From positions 11,022 to 75,021 of the IMG/VR virus record IMGVR_UViG_3300020477_001468: DNA of 64,000 nucleotides; one strand, given 5' to 3'. The notes below the pieces were generated by a model, which was not told the DNA's origin, ran no database searches, and saw nothing but the letters and a program-made list of their open reading frames with translations. Source of the DNA: a virus. Both the position numbers and the translations under genes were made by a program. Shown piece by piece: positions 1 through 9,765 of this stretch (its first letter is position 1; each line of letters opens with the position of its first letter).

Positions 1-623
1 ATTCAAAGATGTGGAGTCGGTATCTTCAAAAAATAAAAGATTTGTTTCCAAACATTGCAATGTACAATTATATTAATTATTATAAATTTTATATTGCAGA
101 ATACATGACAAGATTTTATGATGAAGTATTATATGTTGATTTTGATGCATTTTTTAATACAACAGATAATTTTTTTGAAGAAAATGACCTATCAAAGTTT
201 TGTGTACAAACCTGGGATATGCCGTACTTCTCTGAATCACCAAGAGATATTGATGTAAATATACCAAAATTAAGATTAATGAAGGCTTGGTATTCGCAAC
301 AACTATTGGAAAGAGTCTATAATATGAATATTAGTGAATATAATTTGTTTACAGCAAATACAGGTGTGCATGCATATAACAAAGATGTTATTAATCAACT
401 AGATTTTTTTAATTGTTTTCAAGAAACTGTAGATACGATTTATGATTATAAAGATGATTGTGCAGAAGATAATGAAGTCTTTTTTGTAGCAGCAGCTATA
501 AAAAATAATGTACCAATACATTCGTATAACCATAAATGGAATTTTAGCCCTAAACGAAAACCTTATGAAGGTAAAATTTGTCATTTCACTGTTAAAGAAC
601 ATATGAAAGGATTCTTTGAGTAA
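1..623 (+). CDS. GT-A fold glycosyltransferase (nucleotide-diphospho-sugar transferase-like), probably 5'-truncated
   Basis: YVDFD (DxD), NTGV, DNE, WN and CHF motifs; frame is open to the window edge upstream of the ATG at 9; paralogous to 6915, 17495 and 18553. Confidence 0.7.
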   Translation, partial: SKMWSRYLQKIKDLFPNIAMYNYINYYKFYIAEYMTRFYDEVLYVDFDAFFNTTDNFFEENDLSKFCVQTWDMPYFSESPRDIDVNIPKLRLMKAWYSQQLLERVYNMNISEYNLFTANTGVHAYNKDVINQLDFFNCFQETVDTIYDYKDDCAEDNEVFFVAAAIKNNVPIHSYNHKWNFSPKRKPYEGKICHFTVKEHMKGFFE

Positions 624-1335
624 CGCAATAGGCATTATAGGTTTTGGTAGTATAGGTAAAAAATATTACAATCTAATTGAGGATGGTAAAATTAAAGGTG
701 CTGAAATAGGTGCAGTATGCCGTGATGATTTTATGCACTATAGTGATCTACTTGAATCCAACTATTGTGATATGATTATTGTATCTACACCTCATGCATC
801 ACATTATGAAATAGGACTAGCGTCATTAGAACTTGGTTACCCAACTCTAATAGAAAAACCAATGTCTATGAATAAACAAGAATACCAAGAACTAATTGAT
901 GCTGGTGCTGTCACATCATTTAGTACAAGATATGCAGGTAAACTTAAAGCTAAAAACCACATATACTGGTCAGTAAATTGGTATAGAGATGAAGGTTATT
1001 ATAAAGGTTGGAGAGGAGAATATGATCATATTATATGGAATCAAGCTATTCACAATTTAGATATATTACAATGGTCTTTTGGAAATCCAATAGTAACGTT
1101 TTCTGAGCAAGACAAATATAACATTTTGTGTAAGTTAACTTTTCCAAATGGAATTACATGTGAATATCATGCTAGCACAAATAAAAAGCAACTCCAATCT
1201 ACTTTAATCATAGATGGTATAAAACAACCATCACCCACACGTACACCTGACCATAAACAACTTCTGCAAGATTTTGTAGATAAGAAATTAAATTCTCCAA
1301 CTATAGATATAGTTAATTTAATAGAGCAATTATGA
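616..1335 (+). CDS. Gfo/Idh/MocA family NAD(P)-dependent oxidoreductase
   Basis: GIIGFGSIG Rossmann motif, STPHASH, EKP, NQAIHNLD. Confidence 0.85.
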   Translation: MSNAIGIIGFGSIGKKYYNLIEDGKIKGAEIGAVCRDDFMHYSDLLESNYCDMIIVSTPHASHYEIGLASLELGYPTLIEKPMSMNKQEYQELIDAGAVTSFSTRYAGKLKAKNHIYWSVNWYRDEGYYKGWRGEYDHIIWNQAIHNLDILQWSFGNPIVTFSEQDKYNILCKLTFPNGITCEYHASTNKKQLQSTLIIDGIKQPSPTRTPDHKQLLQDFVDKKLNSPTIDIVNLIEQL

Positions 1336-2048
1336 GTAGCTTGTTTGTATTTGGTGATAGTTTTACTTATGGAATGAAAGAAAGTGAAACACATTATGAA
1401 GAAAAACATGAAGGGCAATTAAAAAATTGTTTTGTAAATTTGATAGGTAAACACTACAATTTAAATGTTGAAAATTATTCACAACCTGGAACTAGCAATC
1501 ATATACAAACTGCAGAATTATTTAAAAATCTAATAACAAAGAAAATTAAATCTAATGATGTTGTGATATTTGGAATAACATCTCCTTCAAGAAATCCTGA
1601 GGTTCTTGATTATAGAGGAAAATATTATATTGATAGATACTTGTTTAGTTATTTTAACACACTAATGCAAATAAACAACTATAGTCAATATTTTCATAAA
1701 AATGTTCTTGTACTTAAATTATTTGAAGATCCAGTTGTTCGTCATCATATTGCAGCTACACCTAAACAATATTCTCAACAAGATATATTTGATTATATTA
1801 AAAATTTAAAACCAACATACTTCATACCTTTTACAACAGTTGATATCTTATTAGATAATTTAAAAGCACTTCCAAACCACTTACACCATGAACGCTTAAA
1901 GATAGATTCCTCTCATGAAAAATATTTTCAACCTAAAGGACATCCATCAGAAGAAGGTCATATTAAAATTGCTGATTATCTTATTAAATACATAGATAAG
2001 AATTTTAAAAATTTTATTCCATTAGTAGATCCATTTATATATGATTAA
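1332..2048 (+). CDS. SGNH/GDSL-like hydrolase or acyltransferase
   Basis: FGDSFT at N-terminus, PGTSN, HPSEEGH near C-terminus. Confidence 0.7.
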   Translation: MSSLFVFGDSFTYGMKESETHYEEKHEGQLKNCFVNLIGKHYNLNVENYSQPGTSNHIQTAELFKNLITKKIKSNDVVIFGITSPSRNPEVLDYRGKYYIDRYLFSYFNTLMQINNYSQYFHKNVLVLKLFEDPVVRHHIAATPKQYSQQDIFDYIKNLKPTYFIPFTTVDILLDNLKALPNHLHHERLKIDSSHEKYFQPKGHPSEEGHIKIADYLIKYIDKNFKNFIPLVDPFIYD

Positions 2049-2889
2049 TGTACCGATACATCGTATTGAACTCAATCCAACTGAACTGTGTAATCGTTTA
2101 TGCAGTTTCTGTCCTAGAGCTTATGACTATCCTAATCTCAATTTAAATATGACAGCTGATACAGCTGAAGAAATAGTTTTACAAACCAACCAATACACAA
2201 ACTACATTTGCATTGCAGGACGAGGTGAGCCTTTACTGTGCCCAGAAATAAAAGAAATATGCCAAGTAATGGCATTATATAATCGAAAGTTTTACCTTCA
2301 GACTAATGGAGATTTTTTAGATAAACATATTCAAGAATTAGATGCAATTATGAATTTAAAGAAACTCCCAAAAAATGGACATTGCAAACTATTAGTAAAT
2401 TGTTATGATGGTGTAGAACAAAAATTAGAAAGACAAGCAAAATGGCAACAATATGCTGCATTAAAAATAACTGCTGCAAGAGAAGATGATCCAACTTTAG
2501 AAGAATACAAATCAAGAATTGCTACAGGTAAGTATGTAAATCGTGGTGGATATTTACCTTGGACTTTTTCACCAGCTGTTCAAAGTCCTTGTTATATTTT
2601 ATTTCACAAATGTTATATCAATTGGAATGGAGACATACAGATTTGTTGTCATGATTGGAAGGTAATGAAAAGTTTTGGTAATATTTTTGATAAACCATTT
2701 CAAGAAATATGGGAAGGTGAAGAGTTAATGAAATACAGACTAACTCTTCAACATGCAGGTGGAAGACAAAAATTTGAAGAATGTAAAAACTGTGATGCTA
2801 TCCAACAATGGGAAGATACAAAACGATATTATGAATCTTGGGTAAAAAAGAATGTAACTCGAACTCAAGAATGTCCCTCTTTTGAATAA
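2041..2889 (+). CDS. Radical SAM enzyme with C-terminal SPASM/twitch domain
   Basis: CNRLCSFC, GRGEP, TNG; C-terminal C..INWNGDIQICC...CKNC. Confidence 0.9.
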   Translation: MINVPIHRIELNPTELCNRLCSFCPRAYDYPNLNLNMTADTAEEIVLQTNQYTNYICIAGRGEPLLCPEIKEICQVMALYNRKFYLQTNGDFLDKHIQELDAIMNLKKLPKNGHCKLLVNCYDGVEQKLERQAKWQQYAALKITAAREDDPTLEEYKSRIATGKYVNRGGYLPWTFSPAVQSPCYILFHKCYINWNGDIQICCHDWKVMKSFGNIFDKPFQEIWEGEELMKYRLTLQHAGGRQKFEECKNCDAIQQWEDTKRYYESWVKKNVTRTQECPSFE

Positions 2890-3569
2890 CTTCTTATAAC
2901 TGTTCTTACATAATCTGGTACTTGTTCACATGTTTCAGCAAATGTAAAAGGTTGATTCTTTTTAGACCACTCACTTGTTCTATTACATCTAATATCAAAA
3001 CCATGATATATCATATGTACTCTACGCTCATTAGACTTATTTTCAATACGATGATAATTAGACAAGTTAAGTAAACGAGCCTCTCCAGGTTTCCATGGAA
3101 CAACTTTGTTTCCTAATATAAAATCACACTCTTCTGGATGATTTAAACTAAAATTAACTGCATCCCCTAACATACAATCAGTAGAATCTTGGTGTGAGTA
3201 AATAATTCCTCCTGGCTCCAACAACATCCATCTTATGCGTTTGTGTCTTTTTACTGGCCAAATATTTTTAAAAAAATTATATGTAACATTACATGCATTA
3301 GCCATTTTTGTCCAACCAAGTTCTCCATTATGTTCATGGTATTCTTTTGATTCTGTTGAAGTTGTAGCATAAGTACCTTGTCCATGCAATACTAAACTCT
3401 TCCATCCACCATTACTATAGTCTGATCTATGTACAACAAAATCATCAAGAAATGGTTCTATTTCCTCATACATTTCTTGATATGGAAATTCAATATCTAA
3501 TTTTAAATTTGTAAGACCACTTTTAAGTATAGATTCATATTTTTCTAATTCTTCTTTTGTAATCTTCAT
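2865..3569 (-). CDS. Aspartyl/asparaginyl beta-hydroxylase-like Fe(II)/2OG oxygenase
   Basis: LEPGGIIYSHQD (HxD) and HRIENKSNERRVHM. Confidence 0.8.
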   Translation of the reverse strand: MKITKEELEKYESILKSGLTNLKLDIEFPYQEMYEEIEPFLDDFVVHRSDYSNGGWKSLVLHGQGTYATTSTESKEYHEHNGELGWTKMANACNVTYNFFKNIWPVKRHKRIRWMLLEPGGIIYSHQDSTDCMLGDAVNFSLNHPEECDFILGNKVVPWKPGEARLLNLSNYHRIENKSNERRVHMIYHGFDIRCNRTSEWSKKNQPFTFAETCEQVPDYVRTVIRSYSKEGHS

Positions 3570-4935
3570 ACTCTTTGCGTCTCCAAGGAAAATTTAAATT
3601 CTCAACAGGCTGTATTGAATAGTCATCTAAAAAAGAAAACTTAATATCAGATTTTATAGGAGCAAATTCGTGCTCAGGACAATTGCCTATAAAAACTGAA
3701 CACTTGTTAGCAGCTATTTTTATTTTCTTTAAAATTATATCTGTTTCTAAAACTGAATAATTATGAGCAGTAATTGAATAATTGCTTACATTTGAAAAAT
3801 ATAAAATACACTTCTTATCTTCAACCAAAGCAATCATTGCTGATGGGTCTAACATATTAACTAATTTATAATTGCATTCTATTTTTTTATTATTAATTAA
3901 TTCAATTACATCAAGCAATTCAGGATTTTGATCGATAATACGAATAAAATAGTTATTCAAATATTCATGCGTCATTCTTACTAGAGGAATTTTTATATCA
4001 CCAACAACAGAATATTTTTGAAAATTTGCATAGTGTTCTTGTTCATCACAAAATTCTCCATATGAGGTTTCTTGTGGTGACCAATTAGAAATGAGTTCTT
4101 TTGTAAAGCGTAAGGAGTTTTCATTGATATCACAGAATGTAATACTTTTTAATTTGGTATGTGTATATAACAGTGCTTGTAAACCATTAGCACAACCTAC
4201 AAAATGTTCATAAGGCTCAATCTTAATTTCATCACGATCATATTGTGTTTCAGTAGACCATGCAAATACCCGTTGATTCTTTTTTTGAAAAATGTCTAAT
4301 TTCTGAGGATGTACTCTATAATATCCTTTATGTTTTTTCCAGTCTATATACAAAAATCTTTTATCATCACGTACCGTTCGATTAAATGGTTCAATTTTTT
4401 TACCTGCTCTAAGTAGGTTAGATATTAAGTATGCTCCAGATGGTAATTCTTCACCATGTAAATCACAACCATATATGTAAATTTCTTTGCCACCATCCTT
4501 TATCCAAATAGGAGTATAATCATCATGAAAATTTTCTTCAGATCGTTCAACAGATCTCAACGTCTTAGTTCTAGTAACATCATAATCTGCAACCTTCACA
4601 ATAAAACATTGATCATGAACAGCCCAATATCTTGAACCTTTATCTAAAATATGTCCTACTAATGAAACTGTCTCATAATCAAAATTATCTAATAAAACTC
4701 TAAAATTAAATCTTGTACCTATTTTAACGACAAGTGCAAATTCTGTAGTACAAGATGTTATATCTTCATCTCTTAAATATTCAACGTACTTATAACTGCC
4801 GCCAAATGTATTAATTACATGATCCATAACATTTATGGCTAAATTGTACTCTTTTGAATAATTTTGTAGATTATAATTTTCTACTACTATAATTGTAAAG
4901 CGTTCGGCAGGTTGCTTTTTATATGGTGTGATCAT
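3535..4935 (-). CDS. Hypothetical protein, possible modification enzyme
   Basis: 466-aa ORF overlapping the oxygenase gene; no motif confidently recognised. Confidence 0.5.
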   Translation of the reverse strand: MITPYKKQPAERFTIIVVENYNLQNYSKEYNLAINVMDHVINTFGGSYKYVEYLRDEDITSCTTEFALVVKIGTRFNFRVLLDNFDYETVSLVGHILDKGSRYWAVHDQCFIVKVADYDVTRTKTLRSVERSEENFHDDYTPIWIKDGGKEIYIYGCDLHGEELPSGAYLISNLLRAGKKIEPFNRTVRDDKRFLYIDWKKHKGYYRVHPQKLDIFQKKNQRVFAWSTETQYDRDEIKIEPYEHFVGCANGLQALLYTHTKLKSITFCDINENSLRFTKELISNWSPQETSYGEFCDEQEHYANFQKYSVVGDIKIPLVRMTHEYLNNYFIRIIDQNPELLDVIELINNKKIECNYKLVNMLDPSAMIALVEDKKCILYFSNVSNYSITAHNYSVLETDIILKKIKIAANKCSVFIGNCPEHEFAPIKSDIKFSFLDDYSIQPVENLNFPWRRKEYEDYKRRIRKI

Positions 4936-4938
4936 AAT

Positions 4939-5385
4939 TTAATTTAATAAGATATCTTCACTTTCTTCTTCTAATTCGTCCATTTGTTTTTTTACTTTCT
5001 TATCTATTAACTCTCGGGCCAATTTATCAGAATAGGCCTTCATATTATTAAGATGTATATGAGTTAATTGCTCGGTATAAGAATGGCTTTCGTTTTCAAG
5101 TTCCATTGCTCTTTCTACAGCATCTATTGCATTATCTATCCACTCACTTTTCCATATCCCACTCACAAATCTTTTATCCTTAGTATGATAAGAAGGTTCA
5201 CCAGAATCATTTACATACCATAAATGTAAAGTACCAATATAACCATCTTCCTGAGCATCAAAACCTTGAAAAATATGTTTGATTCCCATTGCTGGTAAAA
5301 AAGGATATTTTGAGTCTTGATAGAACTTATATCTAAATTGTAATTCTACCCCTTTACGAATTTCTTGTAGTGTTAAATCATCCAT
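4939..5385 (-). CDS. Hypothetical protein
   Basis: 148-aa ORF abutting its neighbours. Confidence 0.6.
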   Translation of the reverse strand: MDDLTLQEIRKGVELQFRYKFYQDSKYPFLPAMGIKHIFQGFDAQEDGYIGTLHLWYVNDSGEPSYHTKDKRFVSGIWKSEWIDNAIDAVERAMELENESHSYTEQLTHIHLNNMKAYSDKLARELIDKKVKKQMDELEEESEDILLN

Positions 5386-5630
5386 TAGTTTATTTTATAC
5401 TTTCTATCAACGTGTCTTACTTTGGCTTCCTCATGATCATAGATGTATGCTTCTTTGATTGGGCCGTCAATGTGTTTATCCCAATAATCTAAAAATTCAT
5501 GAATACGTGGATATTCAGGAAGACGATCTTCAGTTTGCCAAGCAAATTCATTAAGAATATGTACATAGTCTGGAATGTGGTATATGACTTGTACAGTTGC
5601 AAGAGTCCATTTGGGTATATATACAACCAT
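5385..5630 (-). CDS. Usg-like family protein
   Basis: T..V.YHIPD...L..F.WQ..D..P.YP....FLDYW...IDGP resembles the Usg family pattern (recalled, not searched). Confidence 0.7.
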   Translation of the reverse strand: MVVYIPKWTLATVQVIYHIPDYVHILNEFAWQTEDRLPEYPRIHEFLDYWDKHIDGPIKEAYIYDHEEAKVRHVDRKYKIN

Positions 5631-6850
5631 TACTCGTAACTTTCGTATAATTCTTCTATTTCATCAGCGGTCAATGATCTGTTATATACTCTGAAATCAT
5701 CAATATAACCGATCCATCCACCACCACCATTTCTATTCATTCCTATTTTAAGTTTATCCCATAAAGTACTTATAGGATAGGAATAAGTTTTAAGGACACC
5801 ATCTTTATATACTCTAATTTTTTGATTATCGCCAGTAGAAGTATCCGTAGTTTTTGTATAAGTAAAAAACATCCATTCTTCTTCCATATCTACTTTCATA
5901 ATACCACCACCAACAGTTTCATTGAATCTTAACTTTTCATATCCATCATGATCTATTTGAAATCTACCTCCACTCGTAGAATTTGTTCCTGTTGACATTA
6001 CTGAATGCCATTGATCAAAACTTTGATTGCTCAATTTTGGTAATATCCAAAATGAAATAGTCCAATCATCGGATAAACCTATTGGGCTAGTACTATTATC
6101 TCTAAATTCAGTCTCTATGCAACTACTGCCTAAAAAGTTTCCAGTTTGACCAGAAGGTGCATCTGTCAGGGTTGAAACACTTGCATCATACATTGCATTA
6201 CCCGAACCATATGCATTTGTACATTTTTTAAATACTCTTTCATAAGAGCTATGATCTTTAACTATTGATTGTCCCGATACAGTAGCATGTGTTTCTTCAA
6301 ACTTGAGATGTACTAATAATGATGTATCTATAACTTCAGTTTCGTTGTCTGTAACTGTTTCATTATCAGTAGTTTCTTCTTCCTCTTCTGTTTCAATATC
6401 AACTATTTCTTCGTCTTCTTCTGGAAAAGGATAATCTGGATTAATATCAACATCAACCCAAACTTTAACTATGTAATCATCTTCCCATGTAACAATAAAT
6501 TCTTCTGATTCACCGTATTGAAAAGGTATTTCAGGTTCTTCATATGTCCAATTAGTATATTCAACATACATTGGTTTATCAATAGGAACTTCTACTTCAG
6601 CTCTTAAATCTTCATCTAAATCAACATCTGCAATATTTGGTTCTACTTTAATATTATGTCTATACGGTATTGTATTTTCAATCATTGCTCTTTGAGAGGC
6701 ACTATATTTTGAAAATTCAAAATCACGAAATGCTTCATTATGATTATAATTAATCGTAACTGACGTTCCTTGTCTTCTTAATGTTCCTTCATCAGGCAAA
6801 TCTCCACATCCTACTAATAAAAATATTAAACTGAAAAAGAGTATATGCAT
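5630..6850 (-). CDS. Lipoprotein with C-terminal LamG/concanavalin A-like domain
   Basis: Signal peptide with LVGC lipobox, acidic linker, WTISFW...GYIDDFRVYNRSLTADEIEELY. Confidence 0.8.
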   Translation of the reverse strand: MHILFFSLIFLLVGCGDLPDEGTLRRQGTSVTINYNHNEAFRDFEFSKYSASQRAMIENTIPYRHNIKVEPNIADVDLDEDLRAEVEVPIDKPMYVEYTNWTYEEPEIPFQYGESEEFIVTWEDDYIVKVWVDVDINPDYPFPEEDEEIVDIETEEEEETTDNETVTDNETEVIDTSLLVHLKFEETHATVSGQSIVKDHSSYERVFKKCTNAYGSGNAMYDASVSTLTDAPSGQTGNFLGSSCIETEFRDNSTSPIGLSDDWTISFWILPKLSNQSFDQWHSVMSTGTNSTSGGRFQIDHDGYEKLRFNETVGGGIMKVDMEEEWMFFTYTKTTDTSTGDNQKIRVYKDGVLKTYSYPISTLWDKLKIGMNRNGGGGWIGYIDDFRVYNRSLTADEIEELYESYE

Positions 6851-6865
6851 TGTGATTGAAGGGTG

Positions 6866-6898
6866 CTAAATAAGTATAAGACCTGCTAGAATATTTAT
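6866..6898. promoter_or_regulatory. Crossed pair of T4-type late promoter motifs
   Basis: CTAAATA on + (6866-6872) and ATAAATA on - (6892-6898) in the 64-bp divergent gap. Confidence 0.5.
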
Positions 6899-6914
6899 CA
6901 TTAGTGATTTTGAT

Positions 6915-7751
6915 ATGAAACAAAGATGTATCTTTACGTTATTAATAAACTCAGCTACCCCATACAACAATAATCATCTAAACATAAAATCAACTAACAA
7001 TCAGCAACAAAATACCTTACCTTTATATTATGATCTATTTAAAGTATTGAATGAGGATAGGCAGGATTATGCAACTTTTTGTGATAGTGATTATATGTGT
7101 TATGAACTCAATGATGAATTTATTGAATTTGAACGTGCGATAAAAAATAAATGCATTTCATTTACTCCTTATGATGTTATTCAGTATTATAAAATACACT
7201 TATGTGAACAATTAAGCAAACAATATAAAGAAGTATTATATTTAGACTTTGATGTTATAATAGGTGATGTAAAGAAGAATTTTTTTACTGAGTGGGATTT
7301 ATCAAAAGGGTTAGTAATAAAAAATGAATTTTTTGACTGTACCAAATTCCAATATACACCAGGCATGTCATCCAGATACATAAAAGCATTCTTAGCTCAT
7401 CTTGTATTAAAGTATATGAACATTGACCATGATGCGACTTCATTACCTCATATTAATACTGGAATATTAGGATGCAATAATCAATCAATTTCATCAATAA
7501 ATTTTTTTGATATTCTATATGAGAGTTTAAAAATCTTGGATGATATCTATTTAAATGAAAAAGAACACTGGAAATATGTACGTTTTTCTAATGAAATTGT
7601 CTTTACAGTATCATGGTATTTAAATAAATTTAAAATGCAATCTATAGTGGACGATCAAAATATTTGGCATAAAAAAGCAAATGGTGTAAATGATCTGAAC
7701 AGTGTTTTTTTACACTGTACTGGTAAACATTGGTTAGAATTATACACATGA
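6915..7751 (+). CDS. GT-A fold glycosyltransferase
   Basis: YYK, YLDFD, INTGI, SNE, WH and LHC motifs. Confidence 0.75.
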   Translation: MKQRCIFTLLINSATPYNNNHLNIKSTNNQQQNTLPLYYDLFKVLNEDRQDYATFCDSDYMCYELNDEFIEFERAIKNKCISFTPYDVIQYYKIHLCEQLSKQYKEVLYLDFDVIIGDVKKNFFTEWDLSKGLVIKNEFFDCTKFQYTPGMSSRYIKAFLAHLVLKYMNIDHDATSLPHINTGILGCNNQSISSINFFDILYESLKILDDIYLNEKEHWKYVRFSNEIVFTVSWYLNKFKMQSIVDDQNIWHKKANGVNDLNSVFLHCTGKHWLELYT

Positions 7752-8272
7752 AATTAGTTTCAAAATCAATAAAACCATGGTATACTTGTTGGGTATATCA
7801 TGATGCTGTATGTCAAGTATGGTTAAAGCGTGTTACAGGTATAGATTTTGATATAGAGAGTTTTCTAGAATTTAATGATCGTTATAATATTGTTCATAGA
7901 CCAATTAGCATATCTTATGAGTCTAAAATTTTAGAATATGAGATGGAAGATATTTCTAAGTATCAATCCTTTAAGTGCAATAATAACATAGAAATTTTTA
8001 ATTGTTTTCAAGACATTGTACATTTTTTTAGATGCTTTAATGAATACTCTAAAGATCGTACCAACATCTTTTATCATGCTGATATGACAAAAGCAAATAT
8101 GATTTATAAAGATGGAACAGTGAAATTAATTGATATAGATAGTTTTCTTTGGAATACACCAGAAAGATATCGTCATTATATGATGGATAAGATTAAGCTA
8201 TCTTGGCAAACGATTGCCCTAGAGCAATATTTAGATTGGGACAAACTAACAAATCAATTTAGTTTTAAATAA
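7748..8272 (+). CDS. Protein kinase-like fold phosphotransferase
   Basis: YEME...HADMTKANM...KLIDID (HxD..N and IDxD); ATG at 7748 forms an ATGA overlap with the upstream stop. Confidence 0.7.
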   Translation: MKLVSKSIKPWYTCWVYHDAVCQVWLKRVTGIDFDIESFLEFNDRYNIVHRPISISYESKILEYEMEDISKYQSFKCNNNIEIFNCFQDIVHFFRCFNEYSKDRTNIFYHADMTKANMIYKDGTVKLIDIDSFLWNTPERYRHYMMDKIKLSWQTIALEQYLDWDKLTNQFSFK

Positions 8273-9121
8273 ATGAATTTTTTCAACAGACAAAAAATAA
8301 ATCTTGATTTATCAAACACATGCACACTACAATGTGGTGGTTGTGAAAGAAATAATTATGAAAAAGTACCAGGATCAAATCTTACAATACAGCAGTTTAA
8401 AAAAATTGAACCCTTTGTAAACGATTTTTCATTTTGTGGTCAAGTATCTGATCCAATATTTAACCCACATCTACCAAAATTTTTGGAAATAATTTTCAAA
8501 AACAATAAACATGTTTCAGTAAGTGTAGCAGCTTCTCATAAATCAGAAAAATGGTTTGAAAAGTGTTTTAATGCTAATCCAAAAGCATTATGGATATTTG
8601 GAATTGATGGATTACCATCTATGAGTCACAAATATAGAATAAATCAAGATGGTGTAAAATTATTTAATATAATGAAAAAGGCAGCAACAATTCTTGAGGA
8701 AGTACATTGGCAGTATATTGTTTTTGATTATAATAAAGATTATATTAAAGAAGCAGAAAAGATTGCAAATAGTATCAATGTAAAGTTGTTATTGAGAGAG
8801 AATACACGACATATAAATGACAGAAGTTTTGGAAACAGTTTTGAATTGAAAAAAAATACAAGTATCAAACCAAAATGTTTTGAGAACAAAAGATTAGGTT
8901 ATTCATCTCAAGGATTTATACTTCCATGTTGTTGGTGTGATATATCAAATCCAGAAGAAGATGTACAAAAATTATTCGACAAAAAATTAAATATTAATAA
9001 TAGTTCTTTTGAAGATATAATTTTATCTGATGAGTGGATTAATTTTAAAGAAAAAATTATAAATGATCCACCTCAACTGTGTCAATTTTATTGTAGTGTA
9101 AGTTTAAAATCACCTCTGTGA
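8273..9121 (+). CDS. Radical SAM enzyme with fused C-terminal twitch/SPASM domain
   Basis: CTLQCGGC, FCGQVSDP, FGIDG; C...GFILPCCW...CQFYC. Confidence 0.88.
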   Translation: MNFFNRQKINLDLSNTCTLQCGGCERNNYEKVPGSNLTIQQFKKIEPFVNDFSFCGQVSDPIFNPHLPKFLEIIFKNNKHVSVSVAASHKSEKWFEKCFNANPKALWIFGIDGLPSMSHKYRINQDGVKLFNIMKKAATILEEVHWQYIVFDYNKDYIKEAEKIANSINVKLLLRENTRHINDRSFGNSFELKKNTSIKPKCFENKRLGYSSQGFILPCCWCDISNPEEDVQKLFDKKLNINNSSFEDIILSDEWINFKEKIINDPPQLCQFYCSVSLKSPL

Positions 9122-9765
9122 AATAACTCTACAAAATATTGATTATCATGACTAAATGGTCCAAGTGAATGAGAAAAAGCAATCTCATTTTCAAATGTTG
9201 AATAAGTTAAATGTTCCCATTCAATAAATCTATCAATATGACCCCAATATTTTTCACTGTACATTTCAGGATTTTCCATAAAATGATCATAAATTTCATG
9301 TACTAAAGGATCATCTCCATTCCAACAAGTAAGTGATCCATTTATAGTTGTTTTGTAAGTGTAATCATAATATTCATCAATTCTTAAATCCATGTCTTTT
9401 CTATATTCTTTACCATATACACCTTGATAATTTTTTAAATCTTTCCAATGAGCTTGTATACATTTGATACCATTTTTTACGTTGATTAACTTACTGAAAT
9501 CTTTTATAATTTTTACGTCTAAGTCACAGACGAGGTTTAAACCTTTACTAAAACCTTTTCTAAATAAATTTATACGACGATTAAAATTATATGGAAAATC
9601 ACCAATATCAATTATATCAACGTATCTTTCCAATCCTTCAGAATTATCAGTATATAAAAATATTTTGTTAGGTATGGTAAGTTTAAATTTTATATCATGA
9701 ATAAGTTTAGTTACATAACCAGCATGATACTTATCACCCCACTTCATTAAGTAGATATTCAACAT
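9088..9765 (-). CDS. Glycosyltransferase (KWGxKY-type GT-A)
   Basis: MKWGDKY, YTD, CDLD (DxD), NGS. Confidence 0.75.
   Translation of the reverse strand: MLNIYLMKWGDKYHAGYVTKLIHDIKFKLTIPNKIFLYTDNSEGLERYVDIIDIGDFPYNFNRRINLFRKGFSKGLNLVCDLDVKIIKDFSKLINVKNGIKCIQAHWKDLKNYQGVYGKEYRKDMDLRIDEYYDYTYKTTINGSLTCWNGDDPLVHEIYDHFMENPEMYSEKYWGHIDRFIEWEHLTYSTFENEIAFSHSLGPFSHDNQYFVELFHRGDFKLTLQ

Noticed and set aside
8266-8272. TAAATA at gene junctions such as 8266 and 50621 as late promoters
   Set aside because: They coincide with stop codons a few nt from the next ATG in AT-rich DNA and cannot be distinguished from chance
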